DNA of 64,000 nt from an uncultured candidate division Zixibacteria bacterium (GCA_963664195.1 OY760907.1:1920001-1984000), one strand, 5' to 3'. Counted from the stretch's first letter, positions 49,422-60,495 are shown. The notes: generated by a model not told the origin, from the letters alone. Made by a program: numbers and translations.

Positions 49422-50621
49422 ATGACGCTCAAGCAGATGCTGGTTGAAATGCTCAACCGCAAGGCATCCGATCTGCACATTAGAGTCGGTATTCGACCCA
49501 ACCTCAGGGTGAACGGCACCCTTGAGCAGATTGCCACCGAACCGATCACGATCGACGATATGGATCAGATTGTCACGCAGATTCTCAACGAGAAACAGCG
49601 TGAGCGATTCTACCGCAAAAACGAAATGGACCTCGCTCTTTCCGTGGCCAAACTCGGCCGCTTCCGTATCAACCTGTTCCGTCAGCGCGGTACCGGCGGT
49701 ATCGCCATTCGTGCCGTCAACACGAAAGTCCCGTCGTTTGAAGAACTTAATCTGCCGCCGCTGATCAAAGACCTGTCAAAAGAACGTCGCGGACTGATCG
49801 TTCTTACCGGCACCACCGGTTCCGGCAAATCAACTTCTCTGGCCGCCGTGCTTGAAGAAATGAACGCCACTGCGCCGCTTAATATCCTCACGGTCGAGGA
49901 CCCGATCGAGTATATCTATCGCGACAAAAAAGCGATCATCTCGCAACGTGAAGTTGGCGGTGACACCGAGTCGTTCTCGTCGGCGCTGCGCCATGCCTTC
50001 CGTCAGGATCCCGACGTTATCCTCATCGGTGAGGTACGTGACCTGGAAACGATGTCCATTGCGCTGACCGCGGCCGATACCGGCCACCTCGTATTGACCT
50101 CGCTTCACACGCTGAACGTGGTCGAGACGATTACGCGTATTATTTCTTTCTTCCCGCCGCACCAGCATCAGCAGATTCGTCTGCTGCTCGGCGGTACACT
50201 CAAGGCTATTGTGTGTCAGCGACTGCTCGCACGCGCCGATATGCCCGGACGAGTCCCTGCGCTTGAGATCATGGTAAACTCCGGCGCCGTACGCGAGTGT
50301 ATCATGGACCCGACCAAGACTGTTGACATCCCGGAGCTCATGGAAGGCGGCAACACGCAGTACGGCATGCAGACGTTTGATCAGTCGATCATGAAGCTGC
50401 ACAAAGCGGGGATGATTTCGTTTGAGGAGGCGATGGCTAACGCGTCGAATCCCGACGATCTCGATCTTCGTCTCAAGGGCATAACCGGTGCCGCCGACCG
50501 TTGGGCCGATGGCAGTGGTGGAGGTGATTCCGGCGGCTCGGAACCGGAAGGTTTCGCCGGTCTGTCGGACGCCAACAACCGCTCCAACAAAGAGCTTCCC
50601 GGCGGGTTTAACAAGTATTAG
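49422..50621 (+). CDS. PilT/PilU-family type IV pilus retraction ATPase
   Basis: ASDLHI, GRFRIN, GTTGSGKSTS, EDPIEY, RQDPDVILIGEVRD, TGHLV..SLH, GMQTFDQ. Confidence 0.9.
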   Translation: MTLKQMLVEMLNRKASDLHIRVGIRPNLRVNGTLEQIATEPITIDDMDQIVTQILNEKQRERFYRKNEMDLALSVAKLGRFRINLFRQRGTGGIAIRAVNTKVPSFEELNLPPLIKDLSKERRGLIVLTGTTGSGKSTSLAAVLEEMNATAPLNILTVEDPIEYIYRDKKAIISQREVGGDTESFSSALRHAFRQDPDVILIGEVRDLETMSIALTAADTGHLVLTSLHTLNVVETITRIISFFPPHQHQQIRLLLGGTLKAIVCQRLLARADMPGRVPALEIMVNSGAVRECIMDPTKTVDIPELMEGGNTQYGMQTFDQSIMKLHKAGMISFEEAMANASNPDDLDLRLKGITGAADRWADGSGGGDSGGSEPEGFAGLSDANNRSNKELPGGFNKY

Positions 50622-50652
50622 GCTGGCAGTGACCAGTCGTTAGCGAATGTGC

Positions 50653-50691
50653 CGTCAGGTGATTATCCCATCTGACGGCCTTTTTTCTTTT
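50653..50691 (+). terminator. Intrinsic terminator after pilT-like gene
   Basis: CCGTCAG..CTGACGG followed by CCTTTTTTCTTTT. Confidence 0.65.
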
Positions 50692-51095
50692 GTTTACGTG
50701 GGCGGCAGACGCCAGCGACGCTGTGTGACCCCGTCTGACCGGACTCACCCCTTATGTGTGCGGTAAGGCGACCCCGCCTGACCGCGCCGGGCATACATGC
50801 TCTCACACTCGATCTGGCGTGTCGAGTTGCCGCCGGGCGGGGACGTCCTACGAGTCTTTTCCTTTGGCGCTCTCGGTATTTCCGTCGGCCTTCCACTCCT
50901 GCGGCGGGCCGGCGTTCACGGCAGGTTGAACGTTTGACTTTCGGCTCGCGTCATATATCTTGAAGAGAGTCTTCGACTGCACTGATTTTCGTGTGGATTA
51001 GGGAGGGATATATGTCAATCAAACAGCGACCAAGAACCTGCGATGCCGTGTCGCACGGACGCAAGCGGATGAGGCACTCAAGCGAGGGGACTAAT

Positions 51096-52017
51096 ATGCA
51101 CATCTTATTGAAATACACGGTTATCTTGCTCCTCTTAGTCACAGCTACATTCCCTGTCTGCCTTCATGCGAGTGAGAATGATTGGGGGCTTGAAATCCAA
51201 TTGTCAAAGCAAACGTACATCTTGCATGAGCGAATCGTGCTTGATGCTATTCTCTCGAACACATGCTCGGACACTGTGAGAACTCAGCTCCTTACATCTC
51301 CCAATCATCGTCAATTCAGAATCGATTTGAGAAACAGCAAGGGGGACTTGCTTGAGTATACCGGTATGAGATTCGACTTCGTAGGTGGCCCGGGTCGACT
51401 ACTGTTAGAAGCCGGAGGACAGGAATTCGGAAGCTTTGACTTGGCAGAACTGTTCAGTCCCTACGACAACAGATCTGGCCATTCAGTGAGCAACCTGGTC
51501 TTCCCTTACATCCCCACGGGCTCATACACTGTGCGGGCTTACTTCGAAGAAGCTGTCTCTGAGGAACTGTCTTTCGAGATTGTCGAACCCTCGGGCGACG
51601 AAGGAATGATTCTGCGTCTGATTGAAGAGGCCTGTAAGGCCTGGGATCGTGAAAACAGGTTGGGAGAACCCTGCCATACAGCGGTATGAGGAGATCGTCG
51701 ACAGACATCCGAAAAGCGTCTTTGCTGAACGATGCTACTACTTCTCGAAAGCTTATTCGCAAGAAGCAAGTGATCAGAAGAAACATGGCACGTACGACGA
51801 GATTTCCTTCACAACCGATATGTTGCTGAAGTATCCCAATTCGAGTGACTCGAGAGGCTGGTTAGTGTTGGTCACCGATCACTTGGAGGAAGAGGATAAG
51901 ATGGACTTCCTCAACAGCCTGATACAGGACAAGCCAAGTACAAGGGCTTCTCGGTTTGCCTCGCAATTGCGCGACAAGATACTGCAGAAGCAACGACTCG
52001 AGAAGGGGGGGCAGTGA
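51096..52017 (+). pseudogene. Secreted hypothetical protein apparently split by a frameshift near 51650-51665
   Basis: Signal-peptide ORF (MHILLKY..., GAGGGG RBS) ends at 51689. The overlapping +1 frame continues with helical TPR-like sequence (PAIQRYEEIVDRHPKSVFAE) and has no convincing start of its own. Confidence 0.5.
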
Positions 52018-52226
52018 TGCGGAATGCCGCCTGCGATAACACGAGTGGTCAAGGTTTTCTACGAAGGATGTCGGGTTTCTCGCCCCGCCTGGCGGCGAGC
52101 CTCGGAATCGCGACCTAGAAGCATCTCAGTGAATCCTCAGATCGTGACCTTGTCGCTCGGATCGCAGGGTCGTCAGACGAGGTCGTCTTACGACACAGAC
52201 AAGGGGTGAGTTTGTATCGCGAAATG

Positions 52227-52254
52227 GGATCCGGGCGATATAACCGGATCCTAC
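52227..52254 (-). repeat. GTAG-type REP palindrome
   Basis: Minus strand GTA-GGATCCGG-TTATATCGC-CCGGATCC. Confidence 0.5.
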
Positions 52255-52482
52255 CACAAGTCGCCGGGCACCGAGCGCGAGTCGCAACGCCTAAAGTGTT
52301 GTGCTGCAAGAAATTGGCGCAGTGTCCCCCTGTTGGCGTTCCCGCCCGGTCATTTCCGCCGCCAAAACCCCCATTCCACAGAGTTTTCTTGCCATTTTCA
52401 CGCAATTGACTATGTTATTATCTTGCGGTTGTTGGCTGGTATAATGAAATACACGCCACCCCCTTAACCGGAGGATAACAGA

Positions 52483-53964
52483 TTGTTCGATAAAGTACTG
52501 ATTGCCAATCGCGGCGAAATCGCCCTGCGTATCATTCGGGCCTGCAAAGAACTGGGTCTTCAGACGGTCGCCGTCTATTCCGAGGCTGACCGCGATGCCC
52601 TTCACGTTCGATTTGCCGACGAAGACGTCTGCATAGGCAATTCACCCGCCAACGAGTCGTATCTCGATTTCCAGCGCATTATAGCCGCGGCGGAAATCAC
52701 CAACGCCGGTGCGATTCATCCCGGCTACGGTTTCCTCGCGGAGAACGCGGATTTCGCCGAAGTGTGTGAATCGTGCCACATTACGTTCATCGGCCCGACC
52801 CCGCAGCAGATTCGCCAGATGGGTGACAAAGCTTCCGGAAAGGCGCTGATGAAGGCGAACGGTGTGCCGGTGATTCCGGGTTCCGAGGGTATTGTTAACT
52901 CCTACGAGGAAGCCCGTGTAGTTGCCCACAAGGTTGGCTATCCCGTGATTCTCAAAGCTGTCGCCGGTGGCGGCGGTAAGGGTATGCGGATATGTAATGA
53001 CGATGCCGGACTCGAACGCGGGTTCAGTATCGCCTCGACCGAGGCTGCCAATGCGTTTTCGAACCCGGATCTGTACCTCGAAAAAGTGATCGTCAATCCG
53101 CATCATGTCGAAATCCAGTTGATCGGCGACTCGCACGGCAACTACTATCATTTCGGCGAGCGTGACTGCTCGATCCAGCGTCGCCACCAGAAACTCGTGG
53201 AAGAGACGCCATCGCCGCTCATGACCGACGAACTCCGCGCCCGCATGGGTGAAGCAGCTATTCTTGGTGCACAAGGTGTCGATTACCGTGGCGTGGGCAC
53301 GATCGAATTCCTGGTCGACAACGATCACAATTTCTACTTCATGGAAATGAACACGCGTATCCAGGTCGAACATCCAATCACCGAGGAAGCCTACGAGGTG
53401 GATTTGGTGCAGGATCAACTTCGGGTAGCGCTGGGAGAAGAGATCAAGTACAACCAGGCAGAGATTGTTCCGAAATGGCATTCAATTGAGTGTAGGGTCA
53501 ACGCTGAAGACGTGGAGAAAGATTTCCGTCCGACCCCTGGCAAGATCGAGGCTATCCACGTACCGGGCGGACCGGGCGTGCGCGTAGACAAAGCCGTTTA
53601 CGCCGGTTACACGATCCCGCCGTACTACGATTCAATGATCGCCAAACTGATAGTGCGCGCGCGGACCCGCAAACAGGCGATTATCAAAATGCGTATGGCG
53701 CTTGACCAGTTCATTGTGCAGGGGGTTCCCACGACGATTCCGTTCCATCGCGAGATCTTCGACAATGAGAATTTCGTCGCAGGCAACTACGACACCTCGT
53801 TTATCGAGACCGAGTTCAAGGGCGGAGGCAAAGACGCAAAAAAAAAGTCTATGACACTGAAACGCTCGGGTGAGTCCGAGGGGACAGAGCCGGAAACCAA
53901 ACAAGAAAACCAGGAGGCTGCCGAACAGGAATTGGTGGCCACGTCTGATAAGAACGCTGAATAA
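52483..53964 (+). CDS. accC: Acetyl-CoA carboxylase biotin carboxylase
   Basis: [57 protein letters not shown]. Confidence 0.95.
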   Translation: MFDKVLIANRGEIALRIIRACKELGLQTVAVYSEADRDALHVRFADEDVCIGNSPANESYLDFQRIIAAAEITNAGAIHPGYGFLAENADFAEVCESCHITFIGPTPQQIRQMGDKASGKALMKANGVPVIPGSEGIVNSYEEARVVAHKVGYPVILKAVAGGGGKGMRICNDDAGLERGFSIASTEAANAFSNPDLYLEKVIVNPHHVEIQLIGDSHGNYYHFGERDCSIQRRHQKLVEETPSPLMTDELRARMGEAAILGAQGVDYRGVGTIEFLVDNDHNFYFMEMNTRIQVEHPITEEAYEVDLVQDQLRVALGEEIKYNQAEIVPKWHSIECRVNAEDVEKDFRPTPGKIEAIHVPGGPGVRVDKAVYAGYTIPPYYDSMIAKLIVRARTRKQAIIKMRMALDQFIVQGVPTTIPFHREIFDNENFVAGNYDTSFIETEFKGGGKDAKKKSMTLKRSGESEGTEPETKQENQEAAEQELVATSDKNAE

Positions 53965-53978
53965 TTCGGAGGCATAAA

Positions 53979-54359
53979 GTGAACGTTCCTGCAGATCTGA
54001 AATATACCAGGGAACATGAATGGGTGAAGATTGACGGTAACGTCGCCACTGTCGGTATTACCGATTGGGCGCAGTCGGAACTTGGAGACATCGTGTTTGT
54101 CGAACTCCCCGAGGTGGGAGCTGATGTCGCGCAAATGGACGCTTTTGGTACTATCGAGGCGGTCAAGGCCGTGTCCGAGATGTTTTCTCCGGTAACAGGC
54201 AAGATTGCCGAAATCAACGGTGCCCTCGATGACGACCCGATGGTTGTCAACCGCGACCCGTACGGAGAAGGCTGGATGATCAAAGTTGAGCTTACCGATG
54301 CCTCCGAGGTTGAACAATTGTTGGACGCCGACGGTTACAAGGCACTGATAGCCGACTAG
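53979..54359 (+). CDS. gcvH: Glycine cleavage system H protein
   Basis: HEWV, GITDWAQSELGDIVFV, EAVKA lipoyl site, DPYGEGW. Confidence 0.95.
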   Translation: MNVPADLKYTREHEWVKIDGNVATVGITDWAQSELGDIVFVELPEVGADVAQMDAFGTIEAVKAVSEMFSPVTGKIAEINGALDDDPMVVNRDPYGEGWMIKVELTDASEVEQLLDADGYKALIAD

Positions 54360-54401
54360 CAGGCCGGTAGATTTTGACTTACTGAAAAGAACACAAAGAA
54401 C

Positions 54402-55757
54402 ATGGCATACATTTCTAATACCGATGCCGACCGCAAGATCATGCTCGAAAAGATCGGTGCGGCCAGTATCGAAGACATCATCAGCACGATCCCCGAGAAA
54501 CTTCGGCTGAAACGTCCTCTCGAGATTCCCGCTCTTTCCGAGATGGAACTCATGGCCGACCTTGAGCAGATGGCGGCTACCAACAAGCAGGCTACTGCCT
54601 GTTTTGCCGGTGGCGGTGTGTACGATCACTTCATTCCGACTGCGGTTGGTGCAGTTACGAGCCGTCCGGAATTTATGACGGCATACACGCCGTATCAGGC
54701 CGAAGTCTCTCAGGGAACGCTGCAGGTTATCTACGAGTATCAGACGCATATCTGCCGGCTGACCGGCATGGATGTCGCCAACGCGTCTATGTATGACGGT
54801 GCCTCGGCGGTTGCCGAAGCAATCCTGATCTGTTGTGCCGCCACCAAGCGGAGCAAGATCGTTTTGTCTGAAGCGGTCAACCCGCTTCATCGCGAAGTCG
54901 TTCAGGCTTACCTGTCCGGACGCGATTTGGAAGTAGTTGAGGTCCCGATGAAAGACGGCGTCACCGATATGACCCGTCTTGAAGACGCGCTTGATGAGCA
55001 GACCGCCTGTGTGGTTTTCGGCCAGCCGAACTTCTTCGGTCTGCTTGAGGAGATTGACGTCGCGGCGGAGTTGATCCATAAGGTCGGCGGCAACATGATT
55101 GTCGATGCCGACCCGATCGTTATGGCGCTGCTCAAGACTCCTGCCGACATGGGTGCTGATATTGTCGTTGGCGAAGGCCAGCCGCTTGGTATTCCCGTGT
55201 CGTTTGGCGGACCGTTGCTGGGGTTTTTTGCCGCGAAGAAAGCGTTGATTCGAAGCATGCCCGGCAGAATCGCCGCTCGAACGAAAGATGCCGACGGCAA
55301 CCCTGGATTCGTGTTGACGTTACAGACGCGTGAGCAGCATATCCGTCGCCAGAAGGCGACCTCCAATATCTGCACCAACCAGGCGTTGTGTGCCACGACC
55401 GCCGCCGTCTATCTCAGCCTCATGGGCAAGACAGGACTCAAGCAGGTGGCATTGCTTTCAGCCGAGAAGGCGCAGAAGTCGGCGAAAGAGATTTCAACCA
55501 TCGACGGTTTTGAGCTCGCATACACCGGACCTTTTGTCCGTGAGTTTGCCATCAAGACCCCCATCCCGGCCAAAGAGGTTATCCTCGCCCTGGCCGAGAA
55601 GAACGTCCTGCCAGGTGTTGATGCCGGCCGATGGTATAAAGGACTCGACAACTGCTTGATCGTGGCGCTTACCGAAAAACGCACCGACGTTGATATAGCG
55701 GCTCTGATCGACGGCTTGAAACAACTGGAGACCTCAAATGTACTGTCCGGAATGTAA
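54402..55757 (+). CDS. gcvPA: Glycine dehydrogenase subunit 1
   Basis: TAYTPYQAEVSQG, NASMYDG, FGGP, LQTREQHIRR.KATSNICTNQ. Confidence 0.95.
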   Translation: MAYISNTDADRKIMLEKIGAASIEDIISTIPEKLRLKRPLEIPALSEMELMADLEQMAATNKQATACFAGGGVYDHFIPTAVGAVTSRPEFMTAYTPYQAEVSQGTLQVIYEYQTHICRLTGMDVANASMYDGASAVAEAILICCAATKRSKIVLSEAVNPLHREVVQAYLSGRDLEVVEVPMKDGVTDMTRLEDALDEQTACVVFGQPNFFGLLEEIDVAAELIHKVGGNMIVDADPIVMALLKTPADMGADIVVGEGQPLGIPVSFGGPLLGFFAAKKALIRSMPGRIAARTKDADGNPGFVLTLQTREQHIRRQKATSNICTNQALCATTAAVYLSLMGKTGLKQVALLSAEKAQKSAKEISTIDGFELAYTGPFVREFAIKTPIPAKEVILALAEKNVLPGVDAGRWYKGLDNCLIVALTEKRTDVDIAALIDGLKQLETSNVLSGM

Positions 55758-56082
55758 GACTGAATGGCAGCAGTCAATGACCAACTGTCCGGTCTGTTCC
55801 CACGAACTCAGCGGTGCCACCGGCTCAGAGTGGACTCTGCTTGGTTCGGTATCGGACAAGATGTCGGCCGATTTTGCCAGGGAGACTCTACTCTCGTATG
55901 AGATACCAGCAGTGGTTATTTCGAAATCCGGCTTTTTTGGGCAGGCGGGGCTGACGTTCAACAACTTCTACCAGCCCGGCTCGGGCCTGTTTGAGATTTC
56001 GATTCCTTCGGAGCATGTTCCTGAAGCAACCGAGGTCATGAACATGGTCCTCGGCGACAGGTGGCAGAAGGGGACGGACTAA
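55738..56082 (+). CDS. Small zinc-ribbon / DUF2007-like putative signal-transducing protein
   Basis: N-terminal MYCPEC...CPVC...L, followed by an alpha/beta domain. Confidence 0.65.
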   Translation: MYCPECKTEWQQSMTNCPVCSHELSGATGSEWTLLGSVSDKMSADFARETLLSYEIPAVVISKSGFFGQAGLTFNNFYQPGSGLFEISIPSEHVPEATEVMNMVLGDRWQKGTD

Positions 56083-56472
56083 ATGGGGTTCTGCCCAAGC
56101 TGCAAATACGAGTACAATCTCCACGTGACAGTCTGTCCCGACTGCAACGAGGCGCTGGTAGACAGGCTTCCTGAGAAAGCACCCTCGGCCGTAATAGCTC
56201 CCGATGACAGTTGGGTAGGAGTCTGTAGGGTGTCTGGTGGCATTCGGACCGAGCTGGCCAAGGGCGCCCTCGACTCGAACAACATCCCCTCGATTGTAAC
56301 GTCCGGCGCGTTTCGTTCGTTTGGACAGCAGTCCGGATTGCAGTCCATGCTGCCGTCTCTAACAGGATCTGCCGACGTGTTGATGGTCCCGAGAGAATTC
56401 CGCCAGGAGGCGGAGATCATTCTCGAGGCCGTACTTGGTGAGGATTACCGGAAATTGGACATTCGTCAATAA
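56083..56472 (+). CDS. Small zinc-ribbon / DUF2007-like protein (paralog of the previous gene)
   Basis: FCPSCKYEY...CPDC..LVD, A.GALDSNNIPS, LMVP..F..EAE.IL. Confidence 0.65.
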   Translation: MGFCPSCKYEYNLHVTVCPDCNEALVDRLPEKAPSAVIAPDDSWVGVCRVSGGIRTELAKGALDSNNIPSIVTSGAFRSFGQQSGLQSMLPSLTGSADVLMVPREFRQEAEIILEAVLGEDYRKLDIRQ

Positions 56473-56501
56473 GGCGATCTGTCCGTACGCAAGGAGTAGC
56501 G

Positions 56502-57374
56502 ATGTATAAGCTTACGGTTCTGACACTGGCCCTGATGATGGTGGTTCTGGCTTCCTGTGGAGAGCAGAAACCTCAACCGATAGTAGAGGATGGCAAAGCT
56601 CCCTATTACGCCAATCTTGACAGTGCCCGGGTCGCCGCCAACGAAGATCAGTTGATTGCAATCGATTTCTGGACTGATTGGTGCTACTGGTGCAAAGTTC
56701 TGGATACAGCCGTTTTTGCGGACCCGAAAGGGATTGAGTTCTTTTCCAAAGACATGGTTCTTGCTCGCATAAACGCTGAGGTCGACACGGTTCTGGCGAA
56801 GAAATATCATGTCACAGGATATCCGACGATTCTCTTGATCGACAAGAACGGCGAAGAGATAGATCGTCTGGTTGGCTTTGCTCCCACCGACGAGTTCATA
56901 CAGACACTGCTGGATTTCTCCAATGGCATCGGGACGCTGGCTGACCTGATCAATCAGGCGGAAACCAACGATGATCGCGGGCTGGCATACAAAATCGCTG
57001 ACAAGTGTAAGTACAGCGGTCGCGCAGAGCAGGCTATAGAATGGTACGGTAAGGTCGTTGCCGCCGGAGATCCCAAGGATTCTCTTTCGAGTGAATCTCG
57101 TATCTCGCTGGCGGATATGTACCGTCGTGCAAAAGAATACGACCGTGCTCTCGACGCTTTCCGGGGCATTCAGAGTGAGTTCAAAGCAGGTCCCGTGGCT
57201 CAGACTGCGGGGATATATATCGGACTGACCTACCGCGAAATGGCCGATACGGCCAAGGCAATAGAGGCCTTTGAGGACTGGCTCCAGAAATACCCGGATG
57301 CCGATGACGGAGAAACCGACTACGTGAAAGAGAAGATCGAAGGATTGAAGAATCCTCCGGTGGAAGAAGAATAG
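56502..57374 (+). CDS. Thioredoxin-fold + TPR lipoprotein
   Basis: Lipobox LASC; DFWTDWCYWCK, GYPT cis-Pro loop; C-terminal TPRs. Confidence 0.85.
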   Translation: MYKLTVLTLALMMVVLASCGEQKPQPIVEDGKAPYYANLDSARVAANEDQLIAIDFWTDWCYWCKVLDTAVFADPKGIEFFSKDMVLARINAEVDTVLAKKYHVTGYPTILLIDKNGEEIDRLVGFAPTDEFIQTLLDFSNGIGTLADLINQAETNDDRGLAYKIADKCKYSGRAEQAIEWYGKVVAAGDPKDSLSSESRISLADMYRRAKEYDRALDAFRGIQSEFKAGPVAQTAGIYIGLTYREMADTAKAIEAFEDWLQKYPDADDGETDYVKEKIEGLKNPPVEEE

Positions 57375-57432
57375 ATTAGCAACAACTGCCGACGGTCACC
57401 GTCGGCCGGATACAGGTTACAGAGTAGATACA

Positions 57433-58884
57433 GTGGATAAGAAAGTATTGATATACGACAAGTCTGTTCCGGGACGTACCGGATACACCCTGCCGAAGAC
57501 CAAGAAGTCCGAATCGGACATCCTTGCGGCAATACCTGAAAGGTATCGACGTACGGAAGACGCTGCCCTGCCCGAAGTCGCCGAGCCTGAAGTGATGCGG
57601 CATTTCGTTGAACTCTCAATGAAAAACCATCACATCGAAAAAGGGTTCTACCCGCTCGGCTCGTGCACGATGAAATACAACCCGAAACACAACGATGCGG
57701 CAGCTTCGATGAAGGGTTTCAAGGATCAGCACCCGATGACTCCGTGTAGCGCCTCAACCGGCAGTCTGCAACTGATGTGGAATCTGACCGAAGACCTCAA
57801 GGAGATTTCGGGCTTCGCCGGGATGACTCTCCAGCCTGTTGCAGGCGCTCAGGGTGAGTTTTGCGGCTTGTTGTTAATTCGCGCCTACCATGAGGCAAAA
57901 GGCAACAAGCGCAACAAGATTATCATTCCGGATTCTGCCCACGGCACCAATCCGGCATCGGTGACCTCGGTCGGTTACACTACCGTCCAGTTCAAGTCCG
58001 GTGATGACGGTATCATTCATCCTGAGGCCGTTGCCGAGGTGATGGATGACGACGTTGCCGGTTTGATGCTCACCAACCCGAACACGCTCGGTTTGTTCGA
58101 AAGCAACATTGCCGAAATCTGCAAGATTGTTCACGACGGCGGCGGTCTGGTGTACATGGACGGTGCCAACCTGAACGCCCACATGGGGCTGTTCCGTCCC
58201 GGTGATATCGGGTTTGACATGATGCACTTCAACCTGCACAAGACGCTTTCCACCCCGCACGGCGGCGGTGGACCGGGCGCAGGCGCGGTTGGTGTAACGG
58301 CTGAACTCGAGAAGTTCCTGCCGTACCCGGTGCTTGAGAAGGATGTCGACGGCAGGTTGTTCTTCAACTACAATCGCCCGGACTCCATCGGACGTCTGCA
58401 TGCGTTCTACGGCAATTTCGCCAACATGGTCCGCGCCTACACGTATATTCGTACGCTCGGGGGCGCGGGTCTTCGCGAGGCTTCGGAGAATGCCGTTCTG
58501 AACGCTAATTACCTCAAGGAACTGGTGCGGACAGACTATGACCTTCCGTATGGTCGTCACTGCATGCACGAGTTTGTGATTTCCGGTAATCGCCAGAAGA
58601 AACTGGGCGTCAAGACATCCGACATTTCCAAGCGTTTGCTTGATTTTGGAGTCCATGCCCCGACGAACTACTTCCCGCTGATCGTCCCTGAAGCCATGAT
58701 GATTGAGCCGACCGAGACCGAGTCCCGCGAGACGCTCGAGCAGTTTGCGGCCATTATGGAACAGATAGCTCGTGAGGCGGAAACCTGTCCGGAGCAAGTC
58801 ACTTCGGCGCCGCACTGCACGCCGGTGAAGCGGTTGGATGAAAGTCATGCGGCCAGAACCCTGGACGTCAATTTCATCGGGTAG
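57433..58884 (+). CDS. gcvPB: Glycine dehydrogenase subunit 2
   Basis: PLGSCTMKYNPK, QPVAGAQGE, SAHGTNPAS, YMDGAN, HFNLHKT..TPHGGGGPG. Confidence 0.95.
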   Translation: MDKKVLIYDKSVPGRTGYTLPKTKKSESDILAAIPERYRRTEDAALPEVAEPEVMRHFVELSMKNHHIEKGFYPLGSCTMKYNPKHNDAAASMKGFKDQHPMTPCSASTGSLQLMWNLTEDLKEISGFAGMTLQPVAGAQGEFCGLLLIRAYHEAKGNKRNKIIIPDSAHGTNPASVTSVGYTTVQFKSGDDGIIHPEAVAEVMDDDVAGLMLTNPNTLGLFESNIAEICKIVHDGGGLVYMDGANLNAHMGLFRPGDIGFDMMHFNLHKTLSTPHGGGGPGAGAVGVTAELEKFLPYPVLEKDVDGRLFFNYNRPDSIGRLHAFYGNFANMVRAYTYIRTLGGAGLREASENAVLNANYLKELVRTDYDLPYGRHCMHEFVISGNRQKKLGVKTSDISKRLLDFGVHAPTNYFPLIVPEAMMIEPTETESRETLEQFAAIMEQIAREAETCPEQVTSAPHCTPVKRLDESHAARTLDVNFIG

Positions 58885-58947
58885 CATTTGTCGCTTGTCA
58901 ATTTCAGCCGGTGCCCCTTACTTGGGCATCGGCTTTCTTTTTGAACT

Positions 58948-60459
58948 ATGATTAAACTTTCGCACGTTACATACCGGTACCGCGATGATGCCCGGGCGGC
59001 GCTCCGCGACTTTTCGACGGAGATCTCTCCCGGGGAAGCGGTCTGCGTGATGGGCCGCAACGGGTCCGGCAAATCGACGCTTGTTCGCCTGATCGCCGGA
59101 CTCATCAAACCGGAGCGCGGCGATATCAAGGTAGGGGGAGAGGTTTCGGGCGACGATGACGTCTGCCAGAATGTGGGCATTCTCTTCCAAAACACTGACA
59201 ACCAGATGGTCGCGACGCTGGTCGAGAAAGAAATCGCCTTCGCGCTCGAAAACCGCGCCGTGCCACAGGAATCGATGGAACGGGAAATCGACCGGGTGGC
59301 GGAACGTTTCGGTATCAGTCATCTTCGTCGAAGGCTCACCAGCGAACTCTCCGGCGGCGAAAAACAGCGTGTTGCCCTCGCATCTGTCATGATTCAGAGA
59401 CCGCCGGTGTTACTCCTTGATGAGCCGGACACTTTCCTGGATGAAGACGGCCGTCGTCTGTTACAGAGAGAGCTTGAGCGGATTCACCGCGACTATCCCG
59501 AACTGGTCGAGATTCGCATCACACAAAGCCCTGCTATTGCAGGGCATTACGCGCGTTTGATAATCCTTAACGATGGCGCGGTCGCAGCCGACGGTACGCC
59601 TGGCGACGTTTTCTCCAACACCGCACTCATGCGCGAGGTTGGACTCACCAGCAGACTCAACGAAGACCGTCGACTGGTAGTACCCGACTCACTTCTATCG
59701 ACATCTGCCCCGAGTACCAACCGTCTGCGGTCGGTTAAGCTCGACAGCGTGGATTTTGCCTATCTGCCCGATCATCCCATAGCGGCGAATATCAGCCTGA
59801 GCGTCAGCAACGGTGAGATTGTCGGGTTGGTCGGCCCCACGGGAATCGGCAAAAGCAGTCTCGGTCTTCTGGCCTGCGGACTCCTGGAACCGAATGAAGG
59901 AACGGTCACTCTTCTGAACGGCTCGGGCGGTGCAATGTCACCGGAAGGTTTCCGTGGTCAGATCGTGGCGATTTTGCAGCAGCCGGAACGTCAGTTCTTC
60001 CTTGATTCCTGCGCCGCCGAGATCAAGTTTGGTCCGGCCAATCTCGGACGTGAACTCTCCGATGGCGAAGTGAATTGCTTTTTCGAGATGGTCGGTCTTG
60101 ATCCGCGCGAGTTCGCCGACCGTGACCCCTTTTCGCTCTCTGGCGGGGAGAAACGACGCCTCGCCTTTGCCGCCGTCCTGGCCATGGCCCCCTCGCTGGC
60201 GGTATTCGATGAACCGACCGCTGGCCTCGATCCGCAGGGCATCGGCAGGTTCATCGTGATCGCTCGCGCGCTCAAGGAACAGGGGATAGGCCAATTGATC
60301 GTCAGTCATGAGGGTGAGATTATTAAGCACTTGGCCGATCGTATTCTGTACTTCAAATCATCCGACGAGTTGCTTGAGCTTGATCCTGAAGTGTTTTTTG
60401 GCGACGACAAGTACGCCGACGTGGTCTCAAGACCCGGTTCGCTCCTGCGTTCCTCCTGA
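58948..60459 (+). CDS. ECF-type ABC ATPase with two nucleotide-binding domains
   Basis: GRNGSGKS/LSGGEKQR/LDEP and GPTGIGKS/LSGGEKRR/FDEPT; CbiO-like LFQN.DNQ and LQQPERQ Q-loops. Confidence 0.85.
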   Translation: MIKLSHVTYRYRDDARAALRDFSTEISPGEAVCVMGRNGSGKSTLVRLIAGLIKPERGDIKVGGEVSGDDDVCQNVGILFQNTDNQMVATLVEKEIAFALENRAVPQESMEREIDRVAERFGISHLRRRLTSELSGGEKQRVALASVMIQRPPVLLLDEPDTFLDEDGRRLLQRELERIHRDYPELVEIRITQSPAIAGHYARLIILNDGAVAADGTPGDVFSNTALMREVGLTSRLNEDRRLVVPDSLLSTSAPSTNRLRSVKLDSVDFAYLPDHPIAANISLSVSNGEIVGLVGPTGIGKSSLGLLACGLLEPNEGTVTLLNGSGGAMSPEGFRGQIVAILQQPERQFFLDSCAAEIKFGPANLGRELSDGEVNCFFEMVGLDPREFADRDPFSLSGGEKRRLAFAAVLAMAPSLAVFDEPTAGLDPQGIGRFIVIARALKEQGIGQLIVSHEGEIIKHLADRILYFKSSDELLELDPEVFFGDDKYADVVSRPGSLLRSS

Positions 60460-60495
60460 TTCGTCTCTATCGAGGCTCTTTTTCGCCCCGACAAC

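Noticed and set aside
53787..58887. Long minus-strand ORFs (430 aa and 337 aa)
   Set aside because: Antisense shadows of the accC/gcv genes, caused by codon bias.
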